From a plasmid: a DNA stretch of 64,000 bases. The stretch lies in sequence record NZ_CP118109.1. The stretch is one strand, 5' to 3'. Under the pieces are notes generated by a model that ran no database searches, was not told the DNA's origin, and worked only from the letters and a program-made list of their open reading frames with translations. The translations under genes and the position numbers were made by a program. Position 1 is the first letter of the stretch. Each line of letters starts with the position of its first letter. Shown here piece by piece: positions 27,270-37,555 of the stretch.

Positions 27270-28833
27270 ACGCACTACAAAGAGTCAGCCGGTTGCTAAA
27301 GAACAAAATCTTGATCTGACAGCACTACCGGATATTACTCCATTTGTGACGAATCCGGATGGAAATGTATATGCGGTAACGAATCTCACAGAGGAGTTTA
27401 TAGCTGTCTTGTTTGCCTGGGTGAGCCGATCACCGAAGTCATTCAAGGAACATCTACTGAAAGCTATTCAAGATGGGCTCATCAATGCAAGCGATTATCA
27501 AGGAAAGGATTCCTTTGAGAAGCTTTCGAAGAAGGCCCAAGACTTCCATGAGAAATGGACGGTTTCTTATGGACACAGCAGCGTTGCGGAGCATGCGAAT
27601 GCTCACGTAGGCATCGAGAAAGTCTCCAGATTAGCTTCTGCTGAGCTGGAGCTGTCCAACACTTTCTATTCCATTACTGAGTATTCTCAGCGCTATCAGA
27701 AGCCTCAGAGAGGGGACTGGCATAATCCAGTGCCTAAATCGATGCCTAATCCAAACGGAATCACCAGAGACATGGTGCCTAATCCGCTTTGGCAAGAGTT
27801 CGAAGATTTTATGAACGAATGTTACGATGTATTCGAACAATTAATTGATGGCGTATATAAGCATCTAAAAGAAGCTGATGATAAATTGTTCCATCCATCA
27901 TCTGGAACCGCAAATATAAAACGCGATAATGAGATTATGAAACTGGCGTTCGAAGATGCACGGTACGCGTTGCCACTTGCTATGCATACTCAACTGGGCA
28001 TGACAGCAAACGGACGTACTTGGCGGGACGGCATTGCTACTCTCTACTCAAGCTCCTATCCGGAGGTCATTAAGCTTGCTGGTGATCTGAAAACAGAGAT
28101 CACTAAAGTACTCCCAACATTGCTGAAGCATGCTGTGCCTTCTCAATATAAGGTGAATAGCAAGCAGCGTATTAAGCATCGTTTTGCTGATCAGCCTAGC
28201 GCAACAAAGGTGAGTAATCTTGCAACCCTAATCAAAGGCCCTTCACCTAAGAAGGCAATCGAAACAATTATTGCTGAAGCCATTGTGCAAGAGAATGGTA
28301 TTCCTTATGAGGAAGCTATGCGCCGGGCAGAGAACATCTCTAATCCGACCGAAATCATCAAAGAGATGCTTTTCGAAATTGGGAAGCATGACACCCCGCC
28401 AGAATCTTTCCGCGGGATTGATTTTTCTTTCGAACTACTTGTTTCTGAAGCCAACTGGCACCAGCTGCTTCGCCATAACCGTAAGACTGACTTTATTTAT
28501 AACCAGCCTTCTCCTTATAATGGCGTTACAATTCCGCCTCGTATTGCTGAAGCAGGTTTGCAGGGTCTGCTCTTTGATCTAGCAGAGAAAGCAGAAACTC
28601 TTTATGAGAAGCTGCTTGGCACAGTAGGACATGAATATACAGCACCATATATTGTCTTGAATACTCACCGCCGCCGCATTGTAGCTCACTTTGATCTGTG
28701 GGAGGCTTACCACTTGATCAATCTGAGAACATCGGAAGAAGCACAGTGGGATATTCGCGAGACATTTGAAGAAGTCTATCGCCAGCTTCATTTGCTTTAT
28801 CCTGATCTGATTGATCAAGCAAAAAGAAGATAG
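27247..28833 (+). CDS. thyX: flavin-dependent thymidylate synthase ThyX, tandem-domain form
   Basis: HSSVAEHA (ThyX H-x-x-x-E-H), ...YSQRY in first half; RHNR and ANGRTWRD in second half; GTG start after AAGGAG. Confidence 0.5.
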   Translation: MTEQKRTRRTTKSQPVAKEQNLDLTALPDITPFVTNPDGNVYAVTNLTEEFIAVLFAWVSRSPKSFKEHLLKAIQDGLINASDYQGKDSFEKLSKKAQDFHEKWTVSYGHSSVAEHANAHVGIEKVSRLASAELELSNTFYSITEYSQRYQKPQRGDWHNPVPKSMPNPNGITRDMVPNPLWQEFEDFMNECYDVFEQLIDGVYKHLKEADDKLFHPSSGTANIKRDNEIMKLAFEDARYALPLAMHTQLGMTANGRTWRDGIATLYSSSYPEVIKLAGDLKTEITKVLPTLLKHAVPSQYKVNSKQRIKHRFADQPSATKVSNLATLIKGPSPKKAIETIIAEAIVQENGIPYEEAMRRAENISNPTEIIKEMLFEIGKHDTPPESFRGIDFSFELLVSEANWHQLLRHNRKTDFIYNQPSPYNGVTIPPRIAEAGLQGLLFDLAEKAETLYEKLLGTVGHEYTAPYIVLNTHRRRIVAHFDLWEAYHLINLRTSEEAQWDIRETFEEVYRQLHLLYPDLIDQAKRR

Positions 28834-28859
28834 CACCACAGCATCCTTTATGCTAAAAT

Positions 28860-28873
28860 AGTAATGCATTACA
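28860..28873. promoter_or_regulatory. dyad motif AGTAATGCATTACA (copy 4)
   Basis: Recurring motif family. Confidence 0.55.
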
Positions 28874-28898
28874 TTTAGACATAAAGGATGTGAAACGA

Positions 28899-29114
28899 AT
28901 GGCAAACATCGAAAAAATGGAAGCAGTTTTCGAGGATGTTCTTAAACGCTATGTTGGCGCAGAGAAGAGTTACGTAGGTACTCTTGCTGGCGGCGGCACC
29001 GATTATAAACGTAACCTTGAAATTACTGATCAGCATGCAAATGCATTCCGTAAACGGTTCAAAGAAGCAATGCAAGAAGAGGCTGCCGAGCCTACAGAGC
29101 CGGTTGCTCCTTAA
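28899..29114 (+). CDS. hypothetical small protein
   Basis: ATG 28899 after AAAGGATG; ORF track frame. Confidence 0.4.
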   Translation: MANIEKMEAVFEDVLKRYVGAEKSYVGTLAGGGTDYKRNLEITDQHANAFRKRFKEAMQEEAAEPTEPVAP

Positions 29115-29135
29115 CAGATGATGAATATGAACATA

Positions 29136-29160
29136 AAAGCCGCCTAACCGCGGCTTTTCT
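29136..29160 (+). terminator. intrinsic terminator (AAGCCGC-CTAACC-GCGGCTT + U-tract)
   Basis: Hairpin + TTTTCT. Confidence 0.7.
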
Positions 29161-29202
29161 ACATAAAGGAAGCTTTATGATTTATTTTAGGAGGGAACAT
29201 GA

Positions 29203-31191
29203 ATGGCTACTGAGGAGAGAGAGCTCAACAATGTTGTATCGATGGAGAAGGTCAAAGAATTACTGGATGAATTAAATCCAGAGCAACGCATAGCAGCTGA
29301 GGCAATTTATGGACCCGTATTGGTTCTTGCGGGAGCCGGGAGCGGTAAAACCAAAACACTAACCTATCGGATTGCTAACATGCTTGCACATGGCGAGAAA
29401 GCATCCAGTATATTTGTAGCCACATTTACTAATAAGGCAGCCAAGGAAATGAAAGAACGTATCGCTAAAGCTGTTGGTGAAGAGACGGTGCGTGATTTAT
29501 GGATGGGAACCTTTCATTCCCTTTGTGTGCGCATCTTGCGCAAGCATGGACACTTGCTTGGGTATGAGAGCAACTTTACGATCATGGATACAGGTGACTC
29601 TCTTGATCTGATCAAACGTATTTATAAGAAGTTAAATGTTGATGAGAATACAAAACCAGGTTTGGCTTTGCACTATATTGACCAAGCTAAGAATAACCTG
29701 TTTACTCCTGAGTATTGCCTTCATGAGCAGGCCGAAAGCGCAAATGATCAAATGTGCGCCCTTGTTTATCAAGACTTTCAACTCCTGGCTAAAGAAATGA
29801 ACGCTATGGACTTTGGCGACTTGATCATGAACGTAGTAAAGCTTCTTGAGGAATTTCCAGATGCCTGCAATTACTGGCAGAACCGTTTTAAATTTGTTCT
29901 TTCTGATGAGTATCAGGACGCAAATCATGCGCAGTACCATTTGCTTCGGCTACTTGCATTCCCACATAACAACATCTTTGTCGTCGGGGATCCACAGCAG
30001 TCGATCTATAAATTCAGAGGAGCCGCTGTTAACCTGATTCTCTCTTTCGAGTCTCAGTATTTCCCTTGCACAACAGTAAGACTGTCAACAAACTATCGCT
30101 CGAACCATGTTATTGTCCGTGCTGGCAATGAATTAATGAAACAGAATAGTCACATGAGGCTTGAACTAGTAGCTAACAATCCAGAATTAAATGTTCATCC
30201 TATTCTTATTATGAAAACTCAGAATGAACATGCTGAAGCAGCTTTTGTTTCTTTTCAGATTCAGAAGATGGTTAAAGCTGGAACTCATGCGTATGGTGAT
30301 TTTGCAATCCTATACAGAACAAATGATCAGTCCGCACCATTCGAGCAAATGTTTATGCACAATATGATTCCTTATAAAGTCGTGGGCGGCACCGGCTTCT
30401 TTCAACGCGAAGAAATCAAAGACATTGTTGCTTACTTGAAGTCGATCGTTAACCGCAAGGATGATGGTGCCTTAATACGGATCATGAATAAACCTTCTCG
30501 TGGCATTGGAGATACGACTATCAATCATATTGTTGACTATGCTAATGAACATAAAGTAAGTGTTTCTCGAGCGATGAAGAATATTGATGATATTTCTGTG
30601 ATCAAAAAAGGGCCTAGAGGAAAAGTAAGAGACTTCCTCGGTATGCTTGATCATTTCGATTCAATGAAGCACATGGACATTAGAAGATATGTGCACTATG
30701 TGCTTGAACAAAGCGGATACATGGCAATGTGGACTTCAAAAAACAACAAAGAGGCAGAAGAAAAGGTCGATAATATTAATGAGTTTCTTCGACTGGTCGA
30801 ACGTTATAAAGATGAAAATTTAGACAAATCCCTTACTGATTTTATGCAAGAGATATCCCTACTCATGGATTTTGATAATAAAGAGAAGGATAATGCTGTT
30901 CGTATGATGTCTATTCACGGGAGCAAAGGCTTGGAGTTTCCTGTTGTCTTTGGTGTAGGAATGAACGAGGGCATCTTCCCATCATTCCGCAGTTACTCTC
31001 CAGAAGACTTGGAGGAAGAAAGACGATTGGCATATGTTCTCGTTACAAGAGCTGAAAATCAGATTATGCTAACATCTACACGAGAACGCACAAACTATCG
31101 AGGGGGCAAAACTTCTCAGGATTCTTCCCGATTTTTAGATGAACTCCCCGAGGATCTTGTGGTTCGGCATGAGCTTAAACCAAATAATTAG
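29203..31191 (+). CDS. uvrD: UvrD/PcrA-family SF1 DNA helicase
   Basis: Walker A AGAGSGKT, DEYQD, VGDPQQSIY, later helicase motifs. Confidence 0.85.
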   Translation: MATEERELNNVVSMEKVKELLDELNPEQRIAAEAIYGPVLVLAGAGSGKTKTLTYRIANMLAHGEKASSIFVATFTNKAAKEMKERIAKAVGEETVRDLWMGTFHSLCVRILRKHGHLLGYESNFTIMDTGDSLDLIKRIYKKLNVDENTKPGLALHYIDQAKNNLFTPEYCLHEQAESANDQMCALVYQDFQLLAKEMNAMDFGDLIMNVVKLLEEFPDACNYWQNRFKFVLSDEYQDANHAQYHLLRLLAFPHNNIFVVGDPQQSIYKFRGAAVNLILSFESQYFPCTTVRLSTNYRSNHVIVRAGNELMKQNSHMRLELVANNPELNVHPILIMKTQNEHAEAAFVSFQIQKMVKAGTHAYGDFAILYRTNDQSAPFEQMFMHNMIPYKVVGGTGFFQREEIKDIVAYLKSIVNRKDDGALIRIMNKPSRGIGDTTINHIVDYANEHKVSVSRAMKNIDDISVIKKGPRGKVRDFLGMLDHFDSMKHMDIRRYVHYVLEQSGYMAMWTSKNNKEAEEKVDNINEFLRLVERYKDENLDKSLTDFMQEISLLMDFDNKEKDNAVRMMSIHGSKGLEFPVVFGVGMNEGIFPSFRSYSPEDLEEERRLAYVLVTRAENQIMLTSTRERTNYRGGKTSQDSSRFLDELPEDLVVRHELKPNN

Positions 31192-31266
31192 CATAATTTA
31201 ATCTTAATGGTTATAATCGAGTGGGGAATTAAAAATAATTAAAGATATGGGAAGGAAGGCCTTAGA

Positions 31267-32304
31267 ATGAGTGCTGCGCCACAAAAAAAAGTGGATAGGG
31301 ATACCCTACTCGAACATTTAAAAACCATGGCTGATGATGTTGGAGATATTCATGTATCTCCAACAGTTCTTGGTCAAGAATTTGAGGTTTCAACTGCTTC
31401 AATTACACATCATTTACGTGTACTTTCGGATGAGGGAAAGATAGTAGATACAGGACGAACAGGTCCACATAAGAAAAAAATATATCGCTTATCATCTAGC
31501 TTAATGAGGGAATCAAAAGTGCCTCAATCTAAATTAATCTATCCTACGATTAATGATGAAAGCTTTATGCAAAAAATTAAAGATAGTGTTAAACATCTTA
31601 ATATACCAAAATCCATAATCTCTTCGGAGAGTCAAATAAAAACAAATGAACATATAGATGAAAACACAATTAATCAGGAAAATTATAAAAATATTGAACA
31701 GGATGCCCCAGGCGAGGAGGAAATAATTTCCAAAAACGATTTTTCTATTAGCGAAATATCTTCAAATAATAAAGCTGAGGACTCTTCTGATAATCATGAT
31801 GAAGATGACTCTTTTAATCGATCAATTATTGAGAGAGAGAAGTCTTTAGATGATCAAATTAGAGAATTTCAGGCTAAATCTAGATCTTCATCTGCACAAA
31901 TAATGTTAGAAAAAGATGATCGAGAAATCTTATCTGTTGCTGTTGAAAGTTTAAATCAAATTCAAATGTTCTTTAAAGATTTAACAGATCAATTATCTAC
32001 GATTGAAGAGAAAAAATTTATTCAAGCATTGATCGAGGAAAGGAATCAAAATCTCCAACAAATTGCTGAACTTCAAAATCAAATTAGTACGATGAACGAT
32101 ACAATTAACGAGATGAGTTCAAAGAAAAACAAGAATGGCGATATAGAGCAGAAAGCAAAAAATATATATCAAAGCCTTCTTTTTATTGTTGATAATTTCG
32201 TTGATCAGCCAGCCCATACTATGTTTTTACAGAAAACGGAGTTCCGTAAAGACATTGGCGAAAGAGTTAAGGAGCTGTTCTTACTAGCTGTCCGCAAGGA
32301 GTAA
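31267..32304 (+). CDS. N-terminal winged-helix DNA-binding protein with acidic/coiled-coil C-terminal region
   Basis: ASITHHLRVLSDEGKIVD wHTH-like; low-complexity middle; ORF track. Confidence 0.4.
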   Translation: MSAAPQKKVDRDTLLEHLKTMADDVGDIHVSPTVLGQEFEVSTASITHHLRVLSDEGKIVDTGRTGPHKKKIYRLSSSLMRESKVPQSKLIYPTINDESFMQKIKDSVKHLNIPKSIISSESQIKTNEHIDENTINQENYKNIEQDAPGEEEIISKNDFSISEISSNNKAEDSSDNHDEDDSFNRSIIEREKSLDDQIREFQAKSRSSSAQIMLEKDDREILSVAVESLNQIQMFFKDLTDQLSTIEEKKFIQALIEERNQNLQQIAELQNQISTMNDTINEMSSKKNKNGDIEQKAKNIYQSLLFIVDNFVDQPAHTMFLQKTEFRKDIGERVKELFLLAVRKE

Positions 32305-32305
32305 C

Positions 32306-32336
32306 AGGCCGCCTTACGCCGGCAGGGGCTTTTTGA
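32306..32336 (+). terminator. intrinsic terminator (GCCGCCTTACGCCGGCAGGGGCTTTTTG family)
   Basis: Hairpin + U-tract right after stop. Confidence 0.7.
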
Positions 32337-32360
32337 AAATTGAATAAGGAGGTGCACCCA

Positions 32361-33728
32361 GTGTCTGCATTTTACCCAGATAATTTTAAGTCAGAATTGA
32401 AAGAGAAAGCTGATATTGTCCAAGTCATCAGTCAGTTTACAACACTTACTCCTATGGGAAGTAATGTATTTGGGATATGCCCATTTCACAACGATCATTC
32501 ACCTTCGATGCAAATTCGTCCAGATACTCAGACGTTTTATTGTCATGCTTGCGGAGCTGGATCGAAAAACCATAGTACGGTACAAGCATCCGATGTTTAT
32601 GGCTTTTTAAAAGGCATCTTAAATGTGAATATGGGCGGTGCGATCGAATGGCTCTCCAGTTTTCTGAATATTCCATTGCCGCCGATGAATCCCGAAGAAG
32701 CAAAAAGAGAAAATATTAGATCTCAGTGGGTGCAATATTGTGAAGAATCTGGCAGGCGGTTTCATGACCGCTTGCTAGAGAGCACTGAAGGACTTAATTA
32801 TCTATACAATCGGGGTTTCGATATTAATGATATCAAACTTTGGAATTTAGGATTAGGCGATGACCAAGTTTATGATTTTCGGAATACCAAGGATCGCATT
32901 GTCTTTTCACTTTATGATTATTGGGGAAATCTGGTCAGTTTTACGGGTCGAGTGCTGCTTCCTGATAATGTTCTCAAAGCAAAAAATGATCAACTTAAAT
33001 CTGATAATAAGCCGACTATTGTTAAATACTTAGATCGAATCGGCCTTAAGAAAGACGATGCAAATTATGCTAATCACCCTTATCCTGAGTTTGTAAAAGG
33101 CGATCATCTATATGGTATTCACATTGCTAAAGATTTTATACGCAGATTCGGTGTTGCTATTATTGTTGAAGGTTGGACTGATATAATTAAGCTTCATAAA
33201 TACGGGGCGCAGCATGCCGTTGCTACAATGGGCGTGGCGCTTACATTAAATCAGGTCAAGTTATTAAAACGGGCAGGAGCAAAGAGTGCGATAATCATGC
33301 GTGATGGTGATCCTGCAGGTGAAGCTGCCATACAGCGTGATTCTAAAATATTAAAAGAAAATGGTATTGAGCCACTCGTCCTTGCGCTCTCTCCAGGACT
33401 TGATCCTTGCACTGTTTGCGATAACTTCAATATGGTGGATGATTCATTTGCTCGTTTTATTGAGCGTTATACCATGCAACTAAATCAGTATCGGCTTAAA
33501 CGGATCTATCAAGAAACGCATGAAGATATCGTTTATCATCAGTCAAGAATAAGTGGCTTGCAGAATGAGCGTATGCGTAAAGTAATTGAAGTCCTTAGCA
33601 GTATAGAGAATCCTGTTGAAAAGGATATCTATGTCCGTCAAGCATCTGAATTGTTTGGCGTAAACTATGAATCTATCCAGGCACATGTTTCGCATTATCA
33701 GGAGAAAGGTGTGTTCATGGTCAGATGA
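32361..33728 (+). CDS. dnaG: DnaG-type DNA primase
   Basis: CHC2 zinc finger CPFHNDHSPSM...C-x2-C; TOPRIM IIVEGWTD...MRDGDPAGEAA; GTG start after AAGGAGG. Confidence 0.85.
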   Translation: MSAFYPDNFKSELKEKADIVQVISQFTTLTPMGSNVFGICPFHNDHSPSMQIRPDTQTFYCHACGAGSKNHSTVQASDVYGFLKGILNVNMGGAIEWLSSFLNIPLPPMNPEEAKRENIRSQWVQYCEESGRRFHDRLLESTEGLNYLYNRGFDINDIKLWNLGLGDDQVYDFRNTKDRIVFSLYDYWGNLVSFTGRVLLPDNVLKAKNDQLKSDNKPTIVKYLDRIGLKKDDANYANHPYPEFVKGDHLYGIHIAKDFIRRFGVAIIVEGWTDIIKLHKYGAQHAVATMGVALTLNQVKLLKRAGAKSAIIMRDGDPAGEAAIQRDSKILKENGIEPLVLALSPGLDPCTVCDNFNMVDDSFARFIERYTMQLNQYRLKRIYQETHEDIVYHQSRISGLQNERMRKVIEVLSSIENPVEKDIYVRQASELFGVNYESIQAHVSHYQEKGVFMVR

Positions 33729-34114
33729 GCATAAAGATTGAAAGATATCTAATGCATTGCAAAGACTGCAATAATAAATTCTGGGCGCTTAAAGATATGA
33801 AAAACAATCTGCCAGATGACTGCATATATTGTGGAGCTAAGAATAGTAGGAATCCAAATATAGAGCCACATACTATTGATTTTATATCGCTCGATTCTGA
33901 TCTCTATGAGATTGACATTGATCAGGAAACTGGAATACCATTCATGAAGCACCACGAGCAAATACTTCGGAGTGCTGAAATCTTAGCAAATCTTTCTCAG
34001 AATTACGGCCAAGTTATTGATGGTTTTAGAGTAAGAGAATGTATTATTGCAATTCGAGAAGAACTAAGAAATCTTAATGGAAAATCCGAAAATATAATTG
34101 CAGGGGAGAAATGA
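33725..34114 (+). CDS. zinc-ribbon protein
   Basis: CKDCNNKF...CIYCGAKN; ORF track. Confidence 0.45.
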   Translation: MSIKIERYLMHCKDCNNKFWALKDMKNNLPDDCIYCGAKNSRNPNIEPHTIDFISLDSDLYEIDIDQETGIPFMKHHEQILRSAEILANLSQNYGQVIDGFRVRECIIAIREELRNLNGKSENIIAGEK

Positions 34115-34347
34115 TTATGGCTGTGACTTTGGCTCAGCTTCATGTAATGAAGCCAGGAACCGTATTACAAAAAGGTAAAAGAAAACGCATATATCTTGGC
34201 ATGCAAGGAATCATGGTCTTTTACAAAAGGCCATCTTCCAAACAACTGCACGGTGAACATATTGGCCATTTCCGAAAATGGCTTTTAGATGCTGAAATTT
34301 TGCCGACCGAAAATGCATCAAAAACCGATCTTAATATTTCTTTGTAA
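34111..34347 (+). CDS. hypothetical basic protein
   Basis: ORF track. Confidence 0.4.
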   Translation: MIMAVTLAQLHVMKPGTVLQKGKRKRIYLGMQGIMVFYKRPSSKQLHGEHIGHFRKWLLDAEILPTENASKTDLNISL

Positions 34348-34356
34348 CACATTACT
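34343..34356. promoter_or_regulatory. dyad motif TGTAACACATTACT (copy 5) with TATAAT 10 nt downstream
   Basis: Recurring motif family. Confidence 0.5.
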
Positions 34357-34388
34357 TTTTCATAATATAATAATGAGGTGTAGCACAT

Positions 34389-35066
34389 ATGGATTTGAAT
34401 GCATTGATCAATCAGCAGTTAGTAAATCTACAGGAAGAAGGATATATTGAAACTGTCGTAAAGGAGCAGCTAAAAAGCACAATTAAATCGGTTATCGAAA
34501 ACTCCCTGCGCTCCTACAGTAATTTTGGCAAGGAATTAGAAAAACAAGTAGAAGAATCGCTTAATGTTAATCTTAAGTCTCTCGACGTGCCATCATATAA
34601 TCATGTCGTTCTCAATATGATCAAACAGGAGATTGATCGTTCTATCCATGAAGTTGGTTCTGCTAAATTAAAGGAGCAGCTTGAAGACATGCTTGGAACC
34701 GGCAAGAATGAGTATAAGCTATCCGAATTGATTCAAGAAATGGTTGAATTTGAAATGGAACTTGGAGAGCTTGAATATGATGAAGTTGCTGAGATTTCAG
34801 TTCATGTAAAAGAGACCGGCGCAGGGCTTACTTGGATCTATTTAGATCCCAATCCAGATAAGGAAGCATACGAATGCAAGTACCGAATATATCTGGATGA
34901 TAATGTTGTAACTAGCGCTATGCTTGGTGAGAAGAGTTTTGATAATAGCGTTATTCTAGGTGGTCTTTACGGTCTTGAAGAAACGATCTTCAAAATGTTT
35001 ATTCACGGTTCCAGACTCATCATTGATGAGTATACGACAGAGTTCTCAAATCCCTCTTTCGATTAA
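34389..35066 (+). CDS. hypothetical acidic protein
   Basis: ORF track; GAGGTG RBS. Confidence 0.5.
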   Translation: MDLNALINQQLVNLQEEGYIETVVKEQLKSTIKSVIENSLRSYSNFGKELEKQVEESLNVNLKSLDVPSYNHVVLNMIKQEIDRSIHEVGSAKLKEQLEDMLGTGKNEYKLSELIQEMVEFEMELGELEYDEVAEISVHVKETGAGLTWIYLDPNPDKEAYECKYRIYLDDNVVTSAMLGEKSFDNSVILGGLYGLEETIFKMFIHGSRLIIDEYTTEFSNPSFD

Positions 35067-35079
35067 AGGAGTTTTTTCG

Positions 35080-35427
35080 TTGTACGACAAAGTAGATTGC
35101 CCATATTGTGGCAGAAAAAACGATATGCGTGATGCTCTTACTGAAGGGCTGTCTGATGACAACACTACCGATTGGGAGTGCGAGCATTGCGGACAAGAGT
35201 TCACGGTTCATGTTGACTTTATTCCAACTTTCACTGCGTCTAAAATTATCATTGTAGAATGTGATCTCTGCAAATTTGAAACTAGCGACATTAAGAATAA
35301 GGATAATGTCTGGCCTTTCCCCGAAGCATTATTAAAACTGGGAAAGAACTTTTGCCATTCTTGTTGGCTTAAATACATGGGTAAGGAGATGGATACTAAA
35401 TATGGAACTAACAGAGACTCAACGTAA
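35080..35427 (+). CDS. multi-CxxC zinc-finger protein (TTG start)
   Basis: AAGGAG RBS 35066-35071; CPYCGRKND, CEHCGQEF, CDLCKFE, CHSC motifs. Confidence 0.4.
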   Translation: MYDKVDCPYCGRKNDMRDALTEGLSDDNTTDWECEHCGQEFTVHVDFIPTFTASKIIIVECDLCKFETSDIKNKDNVWPFPEALLKLGKNFCHSCWLKYMGKEMDTKYGTNRDST

Positions 35428-35644
35428 TCAAATGAAACATGCTCTTGGGTTGAATTATCATGAACATGAAACACGGAATTATTTCTTTACTCGTGCGAAC
35501 AACGCAGACTGGAACGATCTTGTTGATAAAGGCTATGCCAATAAGCGTCCAGGTTGGGATGATGAAGATGCTTATTTCTCAGTGACTGATGAAGGGCGCA
35601 AAGCGCTCGGATTGCCTGAGAAAAGAACAGAGGATGCTCAATAA
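35402..35644 (+). CDS. hypothetical protein
   Basis: ORF track. Confidence 0.45.
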   Translation: MELTETQRNQMKHALGLNYHEHETRNYFFTRANNADWNDLVDKGYANKRPGWDDEDAYFSVTDEGRKALGLPEKRTEDAQ

Positions 35645-35720
35645 AAAGGAGTTTATATGAAAACATTACATCCTCACATATGATCCCCTTACGCTTGTAA
35701 GGATTGCTCTCGAAAGTCAT

Positions 35721-36215
35721 GTGGAGAACAATATACAAGGGAAATTCTATAAGGCTAAGCAATTTGCCTGCTATGATTTTTTGAACAAAATGGATGACCA
35801 AACTTTGGAAGTCATATTGCTGAAATTTATGGAGAACGAAGGTTTAGAGGTCATCACATTAGAGAATTGGAAAAAAGATGCGCGCTTAATATTCGATGTA
35901 ATTTTCCAAAGAGAAGATTATAAGAATTTAGAAATTAATTTTAAAAAAAGAGGATATGGTTCAACCGGTTTAGGTGTTTACGATAAGCAGGCCAATAAGT
36001 TTTATGACTGCACATGGACAAATCACTTTCCAACTATAATGACGATAGTTGAATCTGAATACCCTGATAAATTCCCTGCCTTGCGTGAATTTTACGCAAT
36101 GCCAAGTATTGACCAACATGAGAATTATACAAGGGAAGAAATTGAACGATTTGTTATGGAAAACTTCGAACTCATCGGACAAACAAAACAACTAGATGAT
36201 TATTTAAAGGATTGA
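35721..36215 (+). CDS. hypothetical protein
   Basis: ORF track. Confidence 0.45.
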   Translation: MENNIQGKFYKAKQFACYDFLNKMDDQTLEVILLKFMENEGLEVITLENWKKDARLIFDVIFQREDYKNLEINFKKRGYGSTGLGVYDKQANKFYDCTWTNHFPTIMTIVESEYPDKFPALREFYAMPSIDQHENYTREEIERFVMENFELIGQTKQLDDYLKD

Positions 36216-36417
36216 GGCTGCCTACCTCTTTCCTCTGGGGGAGATATAAACCTTGTTTATACTAATAGAATTAGATCGGGATTGGACAGTAGGTCTTGAC
36301 TGGTACAAGCACAGTAAAGGTGTACGATTAGGCTATTTCGCCATACACATCGTTTTTGTAAAGCATTCTGAATTTGTAAATAGATTAGCCAAGCACTATG
36401 CAGAGGAGCGATAACAG

Positions 36418-36675
36418 ATGAGCCAAGAGGGGCAAGTGATTAAACATTTAGTTGAACAAATGAAGGCACTTAATGCAGATAATGCACACACGCAGCTTCA
36501 AAACATTGAACAGACTCAAGGACTGACTGTTGTTATATCTATTTATGACAATTTAAAGCCGGCACACGAAGTATTGGATGAATTATATGAATGGGCGGAA
36601 GAAAACAACGAAGAAGTAAAGGAACTCATTGAGCAACTGGAGCAAGATATGAGTTGGAACGCTGAGACGGATTGA
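36418..36675 (+). CDS. hypothetical acidic protein
   Basis: ORF track. Confidence 0.45.
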   Translation: MSQEGQVIKHLVEQMKALNADNAHTQLQNIEQTQGLTVVISIYDNLKPAHEVLDELYEWAEENNEEVKELIEQLEQDMSWNAETD

Positions 36676-36710
36676 GGCCATCAGTCTCTTTCCCTGGGAG
36701 GGGAGAACAC

Positions 36711-36875
36711 ATTGAAGAATTTTGACATATACGAGTATTTAGCTGACTTTGTTAGTGATGGGAAATCAAAAGACGGAGATGAAATTCTTATAAACATTGA
36801 TGGTCGGAAGATATGTGTAGTTACTCCTCAATTTAAGGAAGAAGAAATCAGTTTCAAGATTGTAAAACGGTATTA
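36711..36875 (+). CDS. small hypothetical protein (54 aa, TTG start)
   Basis: GGAGGGGAGAACA RBS-like block directly upstream; hand translation uninterrupted. Confidence 0.3.
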
Positions 36876-36999
36876 GGGAGGGGAGAACAACAGATGATTA
36901 AAAATCAGCGAGTTGTAGTTGAGTACTTAACCAATACCGGACATGACTTTTTTAATAAAGAAACAAAGGAAAAACGAAAGTATGGTGGAAAGGTAGACT

Positions 37000-37332
37000 A
37001 TGAGTAAACAAGAGCACCTTATATCAGCAGATAAGCTGAAGGAATGGTTTTTAAATAATGACAAAGCTGAACCTTTTATGGAATCTGAGTATTCTGGTGA
37101 TGCATTCGTAGACCTTTGCGCAGCAATTGATTCAGGATTGCTCAATCCTGATCCAGTACCCACCATTAAGCCGGGAGATAAGGTGCGATACCACGGATGG
37201 CAATACAATCTATCTAATGTTGCAACAGTAGATCATTTGATAGAGAGAAATGGCACATATGCAACCATAATACATGACGAAGCACCTTATATTGTTCCAC
37301 TTGAACATTTGGAGGTAGTAAAGGATGAATGA
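37000..37332 (+). CDS. hypothetical protein
   Basis: ORF track. Confidence 0.45.
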   Translation: MSKQEHLISADKLKEWFLNNDKAEPFMESEYSGDAFVDLCAAIDSGLLNPDPVPTIKPGDKVRYHGWQYNLSNVATVDHLIERNGTYATIIHDEAPYIVPLEHLEVVKDE

Positions 37333-37552
37333 AGAAGTAGAAACAATCGGTGATTACCTTGAGCGAATGATTACAGAAGGTTACATTGACAAAGACTGTC
37401 GCCCGATAAAGTGTCACATCTGTGAAAGCACTGATATAGAAGGACGTAATTATATGTACGAAGATTTCGCGCTTATCATTGAATATGAAATGTTCTGCAA
37501 GCCTTGCAATGTATCAATTGGGCGATGGTCTTATGGAAACTGGGAGGCGTAA
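37325..37552 (+). CDS. zinc-ribbon protein
   Basis: C-x2-C ... C-x2-C; ORF track. Confidence 0.45.
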   Translation: MNEEVETIGDYLERMITEGYIDKDCRPIKCHICESTDIEGRNYMYEDFALIIEYEMFCKPCNVSIGRWSYGNWEA

Positions 37553-37555
37553 AAA

